From Histomonas meleagridis 2922-C6/04-290x (taxonomy: Eukaryota; Protista; Parabasalia), in assembly GCA_020184695.1 (NCBI GenBank), contig JAANOX010000046.1, positions 1-64,000 on the forward strand: a stretch of DNA of 64,000 bases, written 5' to 3'. Of this stretch, positions 46,071-58,400 are shown in pieces. The notes beneath the pieces were generated by a model. That model was given only the letters and a program-made list of their open reading frames with translations, ran no database searches and was not told the DNA's origin. Made by a program: the position numbers and the translations under genes. Each line of letters begins with the position of its first letter. The first letter of the stretch is position 1.

Positions 46071-47068
46071 AAATGCTCGTGGATAGTGGTCTGTAACAAT
46101 GCAAAGCTGTCGAAGCCACTAAATACGAATCCTATGAATCCATTTGATAATATAAATAATTATGTTTTATTTGAAAATTAAACAAAAGTTAAAAGAAATC
46201 TATGAAGTCATGATTTTCAGTTTTGTATAATTATTTTCCAAAAAAAAAAAAAAGAACAAAACTTCGTAGTTGCTGTGGTAAATGTCAGCGAATGCATAAA
46301 GGCTATTGATTTATAAAGAATTTGAAAACAGAAATCTTCATTAACACAATAAATTTTCTTGTTTAAACGAAAGCATCTTATAGTGGTGAATTAAATAGAT
46401 TTTCTTAAGATGATTCGTTGATTATAATATTTATAATATTTTTTTATATACGATAATATAAATTGAATTTTTTTCTGTAGCCATTCTATTCCTTAGTCTC
46501 GAAGTTATTTCGACATAAGACAACTTGTGCTAAACGTTAAAGCTTTACTCATGTATAGTGCAAAAAATTTACACATAAGAACATTGATTGTCCGACTTAA
46601 ATTCGAACGTATATAACGGTTTTGTGTGTTATCGTCATGGGGTGTACCAAAAAAAATCCGTTTTTTCAATAATGCATTCAAAAAATAAAAAAACAGATTT
46701 TCAAACGGTCATTATGAATTTGAAGCATTTTTTTTGCCTACTACAAAAGAAATGCCCTGTATGCAACCATTTTTTAATTCACCATTAAAGGGGTGTCATT
46801 TATATGTATCTAGGATTTGATTATTAGAAAATTAAAGAAACAATAATAATTAGTATTAAAGTATAAAAGATTAAATTTCAAAATACTAGAAAGTATTAAA
46901 TGTTTTTAATGATTTTTAGTCAGAATTATAGAGAATAAAAAGTTCTTTGTGAGAAATTTTAACAATAGGAGATGGTTATCGTCAACTGTAAACTATTAAA
47001 AAAGTTAAAAATCACAGCATTTTTTGACACCAGCTTTTTCTAGGAAAAGAAAACAAAGTAAAATCAGA

Positions 47069-48010
47069 ATGGGATCTTTTCTAAGTCGTGGTGTGGTAAC
47101 TCTTCCTGATGTTATCATTGATTTTGAGGTAGAGCCCAACCCAGACAGTCCGTTTATAGATTCTGTAACAGAATTTAATACGACAATTTTAGGTCCATCA
47201 AAAGTGATTATTGAACACTTCAAGCAATACCAAGATGCGCAGGATTTCATTTCACGGGCGTATCGAGAGCCTTCGGAAGAATCCAAAGATTCTGCTTGGT
47301 CACGTGTTCTTCCATTAATTGCATTTCAAAGTCAAATTTTCAATCTAGCAAACAAGCTTACTGATCACTTCATTGGGTTCTTATCATTTATTGTTGATCT
47401 AATGGGAAACGGATATTCAAGTGTTGATGCTCTTGTAAGTGAACCAATAATTACAAAACAATTTGCACAATGCTTTAATATTATGCTTGAAATAGACGAA
47501 ATCAAAATGAATAGACCAAAGATGTTGAATGATCTTGCATTTTTCCATCGTGTTGCAACACGAAGATTAGATTTTGATCAATATGAAGACTTATATACAA
47601 AATCATTCGACATGGTTCTTTTCTTTGGTAATCCAAATCCATGTATATGTAAATTAATATCAGCAATCAAAAACAGATTTCAATATGACTTCCAAAAATT
47701 ACTTAGATCAATCGAAGTTATTGGAAAAATATCGGACATATGTACATCAATGCTTATTAACCATCCATCAGAGAACGAAGAAACAAATTTATTATATTTA
47801 AGAGCAAGCGTCGGAAGCATTTTGCTTTACGACCACTTAAATCCAAAAGGGGCTTTTGTCAACGATTCGTCACTTGCTATTATGCAAACTGTGACTGTCC
47901 TCGCAAATTATCAACCAAAACAAATGAATTTGATTAATTCGGTCAAATACCTATCAAAGCATTACGATGATTCAAGCTCGCGGATAGAGATAAAGAATAT
48001 CCTTCAGTAA
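47069..48010 (+). CDS. CYRI: CYRI/FAM49 (DUF1394) family Rac effector-like protein
   Basis: N-myristoylation-like MGSFLS start; LEIDEIKMNRPKMLNDLAFFHR, LFFGNPNP, ILLYDHLNPKGAF, LINSVKYLSKH. Confidence 0.8.
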   Translation: MGSFLSRGVVTLPDVIIDFEVEPNPDSPFIDSVTEFNTTILGPSKVIIEHFKQYQDAQDFISRAYREPSEESKDSAWSRVLPLIAFQSQIFNLANKLTDHFIGFLSFIVDLMGNGYSSVDALVSEPIITKQFAQCFNIMLEIDEIKMNRPKMLNDLAFFHRVATRRLDFDQYEDLYTKSFDMVLFFGNPNPCICKLISAIKNRFQYDFQKLLRSIEVIGKISDICTSMLINHPSENEETNLLYLRASVGSILLYDHLNPKGAFVNDSSLAIMQTVTVLANYQPKQMNLINSVKYLSKHYDDSSSRIEIKNILQ

Positions 48011-48203
48011 GCATAATTATGATATATTGTATCAATAAAAATCATTTGGCTAAAATATGAGGGAAATGATAATGTAGTTGAAACAAAAATATTTTTGTTG
48101 TGTTATAAGTGGTTCTTTTTAAAGAAGTTTGAAGACTTTTAATTCGGCCATTTGAATGTCACTTTTTGCTCATTTTGACTGAGTTTGTTAACATTAATTT
48201 ATC

Positions 48204-49991
48204 ATGGGCGGAACCCTTTCATCAAATTTCGAACAAATTAATAATGATTTTATTATTGAGTGTTGGAAGGTTTCTTCAGCTACTGATAAAAATACCAAAC
48301 AAAAAGTTTCTTTATGGCAATTAGATCAACAATTACTACAAGAAAAATATCCAAGTGAAGCTGAAAAAGATGAGTATATTAATAGATACATAAAAAGTAT
48401 ACAGAATGTCAAAAAGCTTAGGCATCCTAATGTTTTAAAGATTATTCAAGTTCAAGATAATAAACAAAACTTTGAATTCATTACAGAACCTGTAGCATTC
48501 TGTTTAAAATCAAATGTAAGCAAATTAGATAAAACAGATGCTTCTTATATTATGCTTCAACTTCTTGAAGCGTTATATTTTATTCATGATATAGCTAAAT
48601 CAGTACATTTGAACGTTAATTGCGACACAATTTTACTCAACGATCAAATGACAGTGAAATTATTTGGTTTTAATTGGTTTACAAATCTCTCCGATACACA
48701 AACGGTCCCCGCATTTGAAAAATATGAAACAACACCAAATTTCCCAAATATCAAATATTCAGCACCTGAGTTAGTTTCAAAAAAGGAACTTACGACAAAA
48801 GCAGATATATTCTCAGCAGGAGTTGTCTTTTACGAATTATTAACTGGTAAACAAATCATTGAATGTGAAAAACCAGAAGATTACAATACTGAGGTAAGTC
48901 CAATCTCAAAAGTAACAGGAATGACCTCTGATGTTTATTCATTACTCCAAAAAATGATGAATATCAAACCAGAATTACGGCCACCAGCGAAAGATCTCCT
49001 TAGAGACGAAATGTTTAAGACACAACAAATAGAATCCCTTCGCTTTATGGATACTATAATTGTTGAAACTCCACAAGATAGATTTAATTTCTATAAAAAA
49101 CTTGGCAAACAAATCGATAAATACTCGACCTTTGTCAAGAAATCTAAGATCATCCCACTTCTCGTTAACGAATGTAAGGAGAATATTAAGTTTTCACCAA
49201 TTCTTCTTGGCATCATTTTTGATGCTTCAAAGAATCTTACTATCGATGAGTTTACTGATGACGTTTTTATTCATCTTACACATCTCCTTAAAGTTCAAAA
49301 GCCTCCAGAAATTCTTTTTGCTTTCATTCACAAAATTGAATTCCTTTTGGCGAACGTTAACGAAGCAAACCGCCAGGCGCACGTTTATCCCATTCTATCG
49401 TCCGCTCTCAAATCCGACAAAGAAATGCACATCAAAGAAGTTCTTAAGAAAATCCCAATCATTATCAAAGATTTAAATGAACCTTGTATTCAGAAGATCC
49501 TTTTGCCTAATTTAGTACGATTATGTGAAAAATCTGATAATATTGAATATATCAGTAAATCATTACAATGTATTAAAGCATGCGCGCAACGTGTAGATCA
49601 AGATCAATTCCTTAAGTACATTATTCCACGACTTTATGAAGTTTGGGAAAATAATCAAGAACCATATCTGATACCATTTTATACGGAACTTTTACTTTCT
49701 CTTAAAGGAAGTGAACAATCGGAAGTGGCATATGCAGTACCTCTTGCAGCAGAGATTATCTCATTTATACATTGTGATCCTTATTACCAAAAACAACTTA
49801 CGAGTTGGATGCTGGCTACAATAACCAAGTTTAAGACTACAAACAAATTGGATGAGGTACAAGAGCCAATGAAACAAAAAGAACAAATTAATATAAATGA
49901 TATAACAGCATTGTTTGATCCGTTGGCAGAAGAATTGAAAATTAGTCCGTCACAAGAAATATTCGACTTTACAAAGGTTGAAACAAAATAA
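48204..49991 (+). CDS. SCY1-like pseudokinase with HEAT repeats
   Basis: MG start; LRHPNVLKII, TEPV; degenerate catalytic (VHLNVN) and DFG (KLFGF) motifs; Y.APEL; helical C-terminus. Confidence 0.85.
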   Translation: MGGTLSSNFEQINNDFIIECWKVSSATDKNTKQKVSLWQLDQQLLQEKYPSEAEKDEYINRYIKSIQNVKKLRHPNVLKIIQVQDNKQNFEFITEPVAFCLKSNVSKLDKTDASYIMLQLLEALYFIHDIAKSVHLNVNCDTILLNDQMTVKLFGFNWFTNLSDTQTVPAFEKYETTPNFPNIKYSAPELVSKKELTTKADIFSAGVVFYELLTGKQIIECEKPEDYNTEVSPISKVTGMTSDVYSLLQKMMNIKPELRPPAKDLLRDEMFKTQQIESLRFMDTIIVETPQDRFNFYKKLGKQIDKYSTFVKKSKIIPLLVNECKENIKFSPILLGIIFDASKNLTIDEFTDDVFIHLTHLLKVQKPPEILFAFIHKIEFLLANVNEANRQAHVYPILSSALKSDKEMHIKEVLKKIPIIIKDLNEPCIQKILLPNLVRLCEKSDNIEYISKSLQCIKACAQRVDQDQFLKYIIPRLYEVWENNQEPYLIPFYTELLLSLKGSEQSEVAYAVPLAAEIISFIHCDPYYQKQLTSWMLATITKFKTTNKLDEVQEPMKQKEQININDITALFDPLAEELKISPSQEIFDFTKVETK

Positions 49992-50218
49992 TGTAAAAAT
50001 TTTTGTATGAATTTGGTATTTTTGTTATAACATAGTTTAATCTATTGGGAGATCTGGTAGCGTTTCTCTCAAGTTCATTGATGAAGATAAGTTTGATATT
50101 GGCTGAAAATATTTTTGGAACTTTTTACATCTGAAAATTTTTGCACTTTTTGTCATTCCATCCGTTATTCTCACTTTTTGTGAAAAAATTTTGCCCAATT
50201 ACAAGACCAAAAACAACA

Positions 50219-53200
50219 ATGTGGGATGACGATATTATGTCAAGATTTACTTATGAGGCATTCGAGCAGATCTTAGAGATGATTAATTCTGATGATGAAG
50301 AAAGTCAACAACTTGGGCTTCTTAATTTATCTGAAACATTAGCTTATGGAAATGCTGATCTTCTTGAAGATTTTCCTTGTATGGATATGGCGCAAGCAAT
50401 GGTACAATGCCTTGGATCAAATAACCAAGAAATTCAAGCTAATGCCTCTTTGTGTATATTTCAATTTCTTGAAGCACATCCTGCATCAACTCGCTCTTTA
50501 GTTGATTCAGGTGCAATGCCTGCCATGAAGAAAGCTCTTCTTAGCAAAAATATATCCACAACTACTTCTGAAAATCTCCTTCGTGCAGCAAATATTGTTG
50601 CTGATTTTCGCCCACGGGATTTATCTACCATAGGTCTTCAGCCCATTATTAGATATTATGATTTTTCCAATGCCAACATTCAACGTCTTATTGCACATAT
50701 TTTATCAATGATGACACGACAAGTATTTTCAGACAATTTCATTAAGCCTTTTCCAGATGTAGCCCAATTAATGCTTAAGTCCAACACTCCCAGTACCTTA
50801 GATTTATTAGTCCAAACAGTTTATTCGATTGGCATACAAATCAACGTCGATCAATTTCCACTTAAATCTGTTAAACCAATTTTAACCACATTACAAACCT
50901 TAGAATCCCCCAATAACATTGAGATGCTTATAAAAGTCATCTCACGTGCATCAGAAAATGAGAAAGTTGGCGAAAGAATTATTACATTAAATTTTGATTT
51001 TTCACTCTTTTTATTCCCATCTAATCCAATGGTCGTTACATCTGATATCAAAACACATCTCTTAAAAATTATTGTCAATTTATTACCAATTCCAGACATG
51101 CCACCTAATGATTTATATAATCCAAATCGAAAAGTACCGAATTCTTCTAGTGAATTCTCCACGACAATTCAACCATTATTAATCAAATTATTTATTGAAA
51201 AAGGAGAAAATGATCCATTAGCAATTATCGCTTTAGCAATGACATTTAAATTGACTCCAGTTGAGCCACCAGATTTATTATATCATTCATTATGTAATTT
51301 AATACGTCAAAATAACTTATCACAATACGTTTTATTATTTTCGATGAATATACCAAGTAAACGAAAGATTGGAACTTTTGGTTTATTAGAACAATTAAAG
51401 AAATATCAAGTTAAAAATGATTGGTATAAAAAGAACTTACAAACATTAACAAAAACAATTGGAAAATGTCCAAAACGAAAACCACTTGAATTTAATAAGA
51501 TCAAAAACATTGAACAATTAATGAAGATCATTAACAACAATAATATTCCATCATTTGATTTCTTACAAAATGGATTTTTTACACATTTCACAAAACTATT
51601 TACACAATCGAGTAATGACTTAACGAAAATTAATTTTAATACATTTGTTAATCAATTAATTGATTTATTATTATATTTACCAATTAATAATCCGAATGAT
51701 CCATATAATAATAAATATGAAACTATCATTAATGATTCGATTCGATATAACTTTAAAGAGAATGGGCGAAATTATAATGAAAGTTTCATGAATCAAAATT
51801 CGATTATAGCACTTGAAGGATATATTAATCAAAACATATATAACATACGGAATCAAGACTTAATCAATTGTTGGAATAATAACAACAATGATAGACTTCA
51901 TAAAATTATTGTAAAACCACAAAACATTGATGAGATACATTATACAGAATTAGCACATTATCATCGAATGTTTAATACTCCGAACTATAAACGATTTAAG
52001 TTTTATAATGGAAAAGAACAAATCTCAGAGAACGACTCAATTTTTTCGATATATAATCAAACAGATAATATTAATAACACACAAATTAACTTAGTTCAAG
52101 ATGATATTGGTGAGAATCAATTATCAAGTTTAAATGTATCGACAAAGAACATTCATAAAGACATGAAGAATGTATTAGATACATTAAAGTTATTATATAC
52201 GAAATTATCGAATAATATAACAATTAATTCACAATCATTTGAAAATAGAGTTTCATCATATTTAAATTCTCCTTATTTAATTTATACTTGTAAATCACCA
52301 GCAGTTGAAATTATTATTAATTATTCGTTTTTGTTTTCTTCATTTTTAAAGATTTTCATTGTTAAATCGATTTCATTAGATTTATTAACATCATTCTCAA
52401 ATATAATACAACAAAAAACGTCAAAAAAGTTAAATAATCATTCGAATTATTTTAAATGTTGTGTAAATAGAAATAATATTTTCGATGATGGTTTGATCTT
52501 AATTAAAAACGCATTTAACCCATATATGCAACCTGAATTAATGTTCGAAAATGAAGAAGGTATTGGTATTGGTCCAACACAAGAATTCTTTACTTTAGTA
52601 TCAAATGAATTTGCAAATGTTTCATTAAATTTATGGAGAAATGACTTTACAAATAAAGAAAAATATGCTATGACGACTAATGGCTTATTCCCTAAGATTG
52701 GGGCAGACCCAAATATGTTCTATTTATTCGGGAAATTATGCGCAAAGGCTTCAGCAATGGGACATATAATTCCTTTCCCATTTAACAAATGTTTCTTTAA
52801 ATTGGTCAAAAAAGAAAAAATTTCGATCGAAGAAGTTGATGTACAACTGTCGAATTCCCTCAAAAATTCAGAGGGTTTGTTAGGTCTGACTTTTGTTTAC
52901 CCTGGAACTGAAATAGAACTAATTAAAAATGGAGCTGAAGTTGAAGTAGACAAAAGTAATGTTAAGAAGTTCGTGGAATTAATAGAAGATTTTACTTGTG
53001 GGTCAAAGGTTCAAATTTATGGTGATGAATTTGCAAGAGGTTTTTGTTCAATTTATAGAAAAGGTGTATTGGAAATATTAACTGCTGATGAGCTTTGTTC
53101 AATGATAGCAGGAGATGATACTAAAATTACAATGAAAGATCTAATGGAAAATGTCGAGGTTTCTCATGGATATATCCAAAATTCACCACAAATCAAAATG

Positions 53201-53485
53201 CTCTTCGAAATAATAGTAGAAATGGAAAAGGAAGAAAGAGCTGCATTTGTAAAATTTGTAACCGGATGTGAAAGACTTCCAATTGGTGGACTTGCAAGGC
53301 TTAGCCCGAAGTTGACAATTGCTAAGAAGTTACCAGAAGGAAATAATAAGGCAGAAGATTTGCTTCCATCTGTAATGACATGTACAAATTACTTTAAATT
53401 ACCTGCTTATAAAACTAAGGAACAAATGAAAGAAAAAATACTTCTTGCAATAAAAGAAGGCCAAGGAGCTTTCTTACTGACATAA
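50219..53485 (+). CDS. HECT E3 ubiquitin ligase, UFD4/TRIP12-like
   Basis: N-terminal ARM repeats; FENEEG.G.GPT.EFF, FVTG..RLP.GG, LPSVMTCTNYFKLPAY. Confidence 0.93.
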   Translation: MWDDDIMSRFTYEAFEQILEMINSDDEESQQLGLLNLSETLAYGNADLLEDFPCMDMAQAMVQCLGSNNQEIQANASLCIFQFLEAHPASTRSLVDSGAMPAMKKALLSKNISTTTSENLLRAANIVADFRPRDLSTIGLQPIIRYYDFSNANIQRLIAHILSMMTRQVFSDNFIKPFPDVAQLMLKSNTPSTLDLLVQTVYSIGIQINVDQFPLKSVKPILTTLQTLESPNNIEMLIKVISRASENEKVGERIITLNFDFSLFLFPSNPMVVTSDIKTHLLKIIVNLLPIPDMPPNDLYNPNRKVPNSSSEFSTTIQPLLIKLFIEKGENDPLAIIALAMTFKLTPVEPPDLLYHSLCNLIRQNNLSQYVLLFSMNIPSKRKIGTFGLLEQLKKYQVKNDWYKKNLQTLTKTIGKCPKRKPLEFNKIKNIEQLMKIINNNNIPSFDFLQNGFFTHFTKLFTQSSNDLTKINFNTFVNQLIDLLLYLPINNPNDPYNNKYETIINDSIRYNFKENGRNYNESFMNQNSIIALEGYINQNIYNIRNQDLINCWNNNNNDRLHKIIVKPQNIDEIHYTELAHYHRMFNTPNYKRFKFYNGKEQISENDSIFSIYNQTDNINNTQINLVQDDIGENQLSSLNVSTKNIHKDMKNVLDTLKLLYTKLSNNITINSQSFENRVSSYLNSPYLIYTCKSPAVEIIINYSFLFSSFLKIFIVKSISLDLLTSFSNIIQQKTSKKLNNHSNYFKCCVNRNNIFDDGLILIKNAFNPYMQPELMFENEEGIGIGPTQEFFTLVSNEFANVSLNLWRNDFTNKEKYAMTTNGLFPKIGADPNMFYLFGKLCAKASAMGHIIPFPFNKCFFKLVKKEKISIEEVDVQLSNSLKNSEGLLGLTFVYPGTEIELIKNGAEVEVDKSNVKKFVELIEDFTCGSKVQIYGDEFARGFCSIYRKGVLEILTADELCSMIAGDDTKITMKDLMENVEVSHGYIQNSPQIKMLFEIIVEMEKEERAAFVKFVTGCERLPIGGLARLSPKLTIAKKLPEGNNKAEDLLPSVMTCTNYFKLPAYKTKEQMKEKILLAIKEGQGAFLLT

Positions 53486-53567
53486 AGGATTTGTTTATTA
53501 ATAAAAGTTTACTTCGTACGTTAATATTTTTATTGAAATTTTTCTATGACATCATTCAATTTTTCAT

Positions 53568-54140
53568 ATGGAATCAAATCAACCACAATTTGATATAATC
53601 GGAAAACAAAATACAGAAGTCCATGGACATAATGAAGAACAAAATTCTATTTTGCTTCATCAAAAAGAAATTTATGATTATATTCGAGAAAATATTGATG
53701 AACCAGAACTAATCGATATTCCAAGTGATGGAATGATACTTGATACAATTTCAGCTCAAAAAATAAAAATACGTCAAATGCAAGAAGAGTCATTGATATA
53801 TAAAGGTCTTAAAAAACAAGTCTGTTTTGATCCAATTTATTTATCTTTTCTTAGTTCAACATCAGAATATAGGAATTCTGTAATTGCAAGTAAGAAAGGA
53901 AACACGCCACTTAATCAAATGCCTATTAGACAAAAATTAGATCAAGCAATTGAAGCACAATTTCTTAATATATCAATTCCAGGTCTAGATGTAGAACGTG
54001 TTGCATCAGAAACTTCTGTGCTTATCACGCATGATTTACCTATTCTTGAAAATCAATTGAGAAACTCCATTTCAAGAAAAGAAAATATGAAAATTCAATT
54101 TGAGTCATACATACAACATCACCCTCAATACCATGGATAA
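53568..54140 (+). CDS. Hypothetical 190-aa protein
   Basis: ATG with an upstream TCATT motif and normal codon composition. Confidence 0.7.
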   Translation: MESNQPQFDIIGKQNTEVHGHNEEQNSILLHQKEIYDYIRENIDEPELIDIPSDGMILDTISAQKIKIRQMQEESLIYKGLKKQVCFDPIYLSFLSSTSEYRNSVIASKKGNTPLNQMPIRQKLDQAIEAQFLNISIPGLDVERVASETSVLITHDLPILENQLRNSISRKENMKIQFESYIQHHPQYHG

Positions 54141-54332
54141 AAATGCAATGAGAGGCGATTAATCTTTTAGATAAATATAGAAAAAATAAAAATGTGTTTT
54201 TTAATATATCATTCTCTAGTGTGATGTTTATATCTGAATACCACAAACATGAATAATGGATTTAGTAAAAATATTAATAAAAACAAATTAAATAATTCTA
54301 ATGTGTTGGCAATGAGTATTAAGCGTTTTATT

Positions 54333-54731
54333 TCATATTTCAACAATAAAATTGTCTTCGTTGAAATCTTCTTCAATATCATTTTCAATCGAAAAATCAA
54401 TCGTTTTATTTTTATTTTCATTTTCTTCAACATAACTCAATTCCTCATCAATTTTTTGTCGTTTATTTCGAATACGAATTAATATTATAATAAGTATCGA
54501 AATAATAACAATTACTCCAATAATAACTCCAATAATAATATAAATATACGTTTTATCTTTGTTATTCATTTCATTATTTTCATAAACAAAATAAAAATTG
54601 GAATAAAATGTAAAATATTTGGAATAAATAATAATTATGGAATTATATGATATAAGTGATGTTGGAATATATAAAATGTTGAATTGATATTCGTGATGAT
54701 AAACGAATTGAAATGTAAAATGTAAATACTT
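54333..54731 (-). pseudogene. Solo copy of the BspA C-terminal tail (paralogous to 40617-41035)
   Basis: Near-identical IIYSKYFTFYSNFYFVYENNEMNNKDKTYIYIIIGVIIGVIVIISILIIILIRIRN and FNEDNFIV; similarity starts abruptly and stops a few bases after the stop codon. Confidence 0.88.
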
Positions 54732-55063
54732 AAATAGGTGGTGACACTTCAAATATCGACACAACCTACACTTTTTTTGGGTTATATATGCATAAATTAA
54801 GCTATATATTAACAGTGCAAAGGCTCAAGAAAAATCTGATGGACAATTTTGAGATACCAAAAGGTGAATCAAACTTCTTCATTCCATTAACGGTGGCAAA
54901 AGATTTACGGTTTTATGTCGAAATTCTAACTAAAAACTAAATAAGTTCAGGATTTCCTTCTCTAATTTATTAGTTATTTCCAATCTCTTTTGCCTGTTCT
55001 GTGCTTTAAAGAGAGAAGAAGAGGAAAATGACATCAAAAAAAGGAGAGAATTATTGGTGACGA

Positions 55064-55119
55064 TTTTTTATTAAGGTCTAAAATTTCGAAAACTATTTTT
55101 TGACAAGATATTTTCATTT
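55064..55119 (+). repeat. Left member of an inverted repeat pair bracketing the large BspA gene
   Basis: 52 of 57 aligned positions match the reverse complement of 61541-61597 (4 substitutions, 1 gap). Confidence 0.85.
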
Positions 55120-55495
55120 ATTAGTGAGTGTCACCATTGTAGGATATCCTATTCATTATCCGATAATGAATTCTGAACCTACAATCGCCACTTTTGACGA
55201 TACCCACTTTTTGAATGGAAACAACAACTCCATTGTATATAAAATCCACTTTTTGATATATCAAACAATAAATTTTAAGAGTTCATTCAAAAAGTGTGAG
55301 GTTAAAAATGCAACATTTATTCAAAATTCTGAATATTCAGAAATTGTTATCACTTTTTGTAATTTTTGGAAAGAAATTTTATACCCCAGAAAAAGTTGCT
55401 TGAAGCGTTCAAAAAAAAATAATTCAATAGCCATCGTATTAATTCAATTTTTGTGTGTTTTAGATATTTGAAAGAATTCAATCTGCTAAAGTGCT

Positions 55496-58400
55496 ATGCT
55501 GGTGCTGCTTGGCCTGCTTGCATTGATAAAATGTGTCGCCAACACAGCATTTGTTGATGGCACCCTAACTATTGATGATGAAAAAACTATTATTGAGGGT
55601 GACTATGTTCAATTTAAAGAAGTAACAAAACACCTTAAAATTCAACCACCTGCCACTATGGTAGGGGACAATGCTTTCTCTTCTTGGTACTATTTAGAAA
55701 CAGTAGAGATTGGAGATACAGTCCAATCTATTGGTGAACATGCTTTTTCTAGCTGTCAGAGTTTAACCAAACTTACCATTGGCCCCAACGTCAGTCAAAT
55801 AGGTTCTTATTCCTTTGAATATACCTACGTCACTGACCTCACAATAAATACCAATAAAATGGCGTTGGAAGATATAACCACACATCTTAGTTCCGATTTG
55901 AAAACATGTACCCTTTGTTCAGACATCACCAAAATTGGTGACAACGCATTCCTAAATTGTTACAAACTCGAAACAATCACAACTCAAGGAAAAATTACAA
56001 GTTACGGCAAACGTTCATTTTCTGGATGTACAAACCTCGCCAGCATTGCTTTTCCAGAAACTCTTGAAACCATTGATATTGGATGTTTTTATGGGTGCCA
56101 TAATCTTGTTTCTGCATCTATTCCTAAGAATGTTCGCGTACTTGGAGGGTCAGCATTTTACGGCTGTTATAAGATTGAGCAAATTGAAGTACCGGATACA
56201 ATTAATTCAATAAATGCACAAACATTTGCCCATTGTATCAGCTTAAGAGAAGTCAAACTTCCATCAACAATTACTTCAATTGGAGAATATGCATTTACAA
56301 ACTGTTCGACATTAATGTCCATTACAATTCCAGATGCAGTAACTACAATTCAAAGTTACGCATTTTCTTATTGTCTAAACATGGTAATTGTCCAATTAGG
56401 AAAAGAATTAACTTCAATTCAAAATTATGCGTTTTTGTATTGCTTATCATTGAAGTCAATTACATTTTTAGAGAAATTAGAAACAGTTGGCTCTGCATCA
56501 TTTCAACATTGCGAAAGTCTTCAAACAGTTAAATGTGGCGAAAAAGTCCGTGTTATTTATGATTCAGCATTCTCAAATTGTTATGATCTTACAACAGTTA
56601 CACTTGATAAAGCACTTGAAACAATTAGTAACTTAGCATTCGAATATTGCGTTAGTTTAACTACAATAACAATTCCATCATCAGTAACTAGCATTAAATC
56701 ATATAATGTCTTTTGGCAATGTCATAAACTTGAAACAGTTAATGTTGAAGAAGGAAATACACATTACTCCAATAATGAAAATGATGGAGTACTTTATGAA
56801 AAGACTGGTGACGAATTAACAAAAATTATGTATTATCCAATGGGCAATAAAAGAAATACATTTAAAGTAATTGATTCAGTTACAGCAATTGGATTATATT
56901 CATTTTATAATACAACTTATTTACAAACTGTAAATGGATTACTTAAAGTTACTGAAATTGAAAATAATGCATTCGAACATTGCAGTGCATTAAATAACTT
57001 TGAATTCTCTGATGAAATTCAAACTATTAATGATTATGCATTCCATTTATCTGGTTTACAAACAGTTAAATTTGGTAATAACCTTCAAAAAATTACAAAT
57101 TATGTATTTTATCAATGTGGAGAAATTTCATCATTAACATTCAATGATGCTATAACTTATATTGGAACTTATGGATTTGCAGAATGTACAAAATTACAAA
57201 GTTTAACTCTTCCTAATTCAGTTACATCAATTGGAACACATGTATTTGAATCATGTACATCACTTAAATCAATTACAATTGGTCTTAAATTACAAACAAT
57301 ATCTGATTATGCATTTTCTAAATGCTCAGGTTTGAATAATATTGTTAATCTTGGATTTAATTTAATTACTATTGGTAATAATGCATTTTCAGAATGTACA
57401 TCAATTCAAACAGTTGATATACCAGCTAATGTAACAAAAATTGGTAATTTCGCATTTGCTAATTGTTCAAGTTTAACTAAATTAAATTATGGCACACTTA
57501 TGAACTCATTTGGTGATTATGCATTTTATAATTGTTTAGGATTTATTGAAAATTCACTTCCAGAAAACACGAAAGAAATTGGTACACATATTTATGAACA
57601 TTGTGAAAAAATGACTAAATTTACATTACCAAAGACAGTTACAACAATTAGCGCTTATGCATTTGCTCATTGTTATAGTCTTCAAACATTAGTTACTGAA
57701 GAAAATCTTGATTTGATTAATAATTATGCATTTTATTATTGCTTAGGATTAATAGAAACTTCAATTCCAAAGAATACAAAAGCAATTGGTACACACATAT
57801 ATGAACATTGTGAAAAAATGACCAAATGTCAAATTCCATCTTCAATTACAGTAATTAATGACTATACATTTGCTTATTGTTATGCTCTTCAATCAGTAAC
57901 AGATGAAAGTAATATAGTTAAAATTGGTAGCTATGCATTCTTAAGCTGTGGATTTTCTACATTTAATATCCTTGAAACAGTTACAGATATTGGAAGTTAT
58001 TCATTTTTCTATTGTAATAATTTAGAAACTATTACAATACCAAAGTCTGTAAAAACAATTGAAACTGGTGCATTTTCAAATTGTACTAAATTAGGAGATG
58101 TTACATTAGATACAGAGTTAACTACAATTGGTGATAGTGTATTTGAAAATTGTCAATCACTTTCAAAGATAATAATTACGTCAAAAGTTACATCTATTGG
58201 TAAGAGAGCATTCTGTTATTGTAATGCACTTCAAACAATAGAAATTCCTGATAATGTTCTTACAATTGATGAATATATCTTTGCTAATTGTATCGGTTTA
58301 ACTACTGCTAAAATTGGCAACAACATTCAAAATGTTCCTTCATATGGATTTTATAGATGTACTTCATTAAATCAAATTACATTTGGTACAAAAGTTTCTA

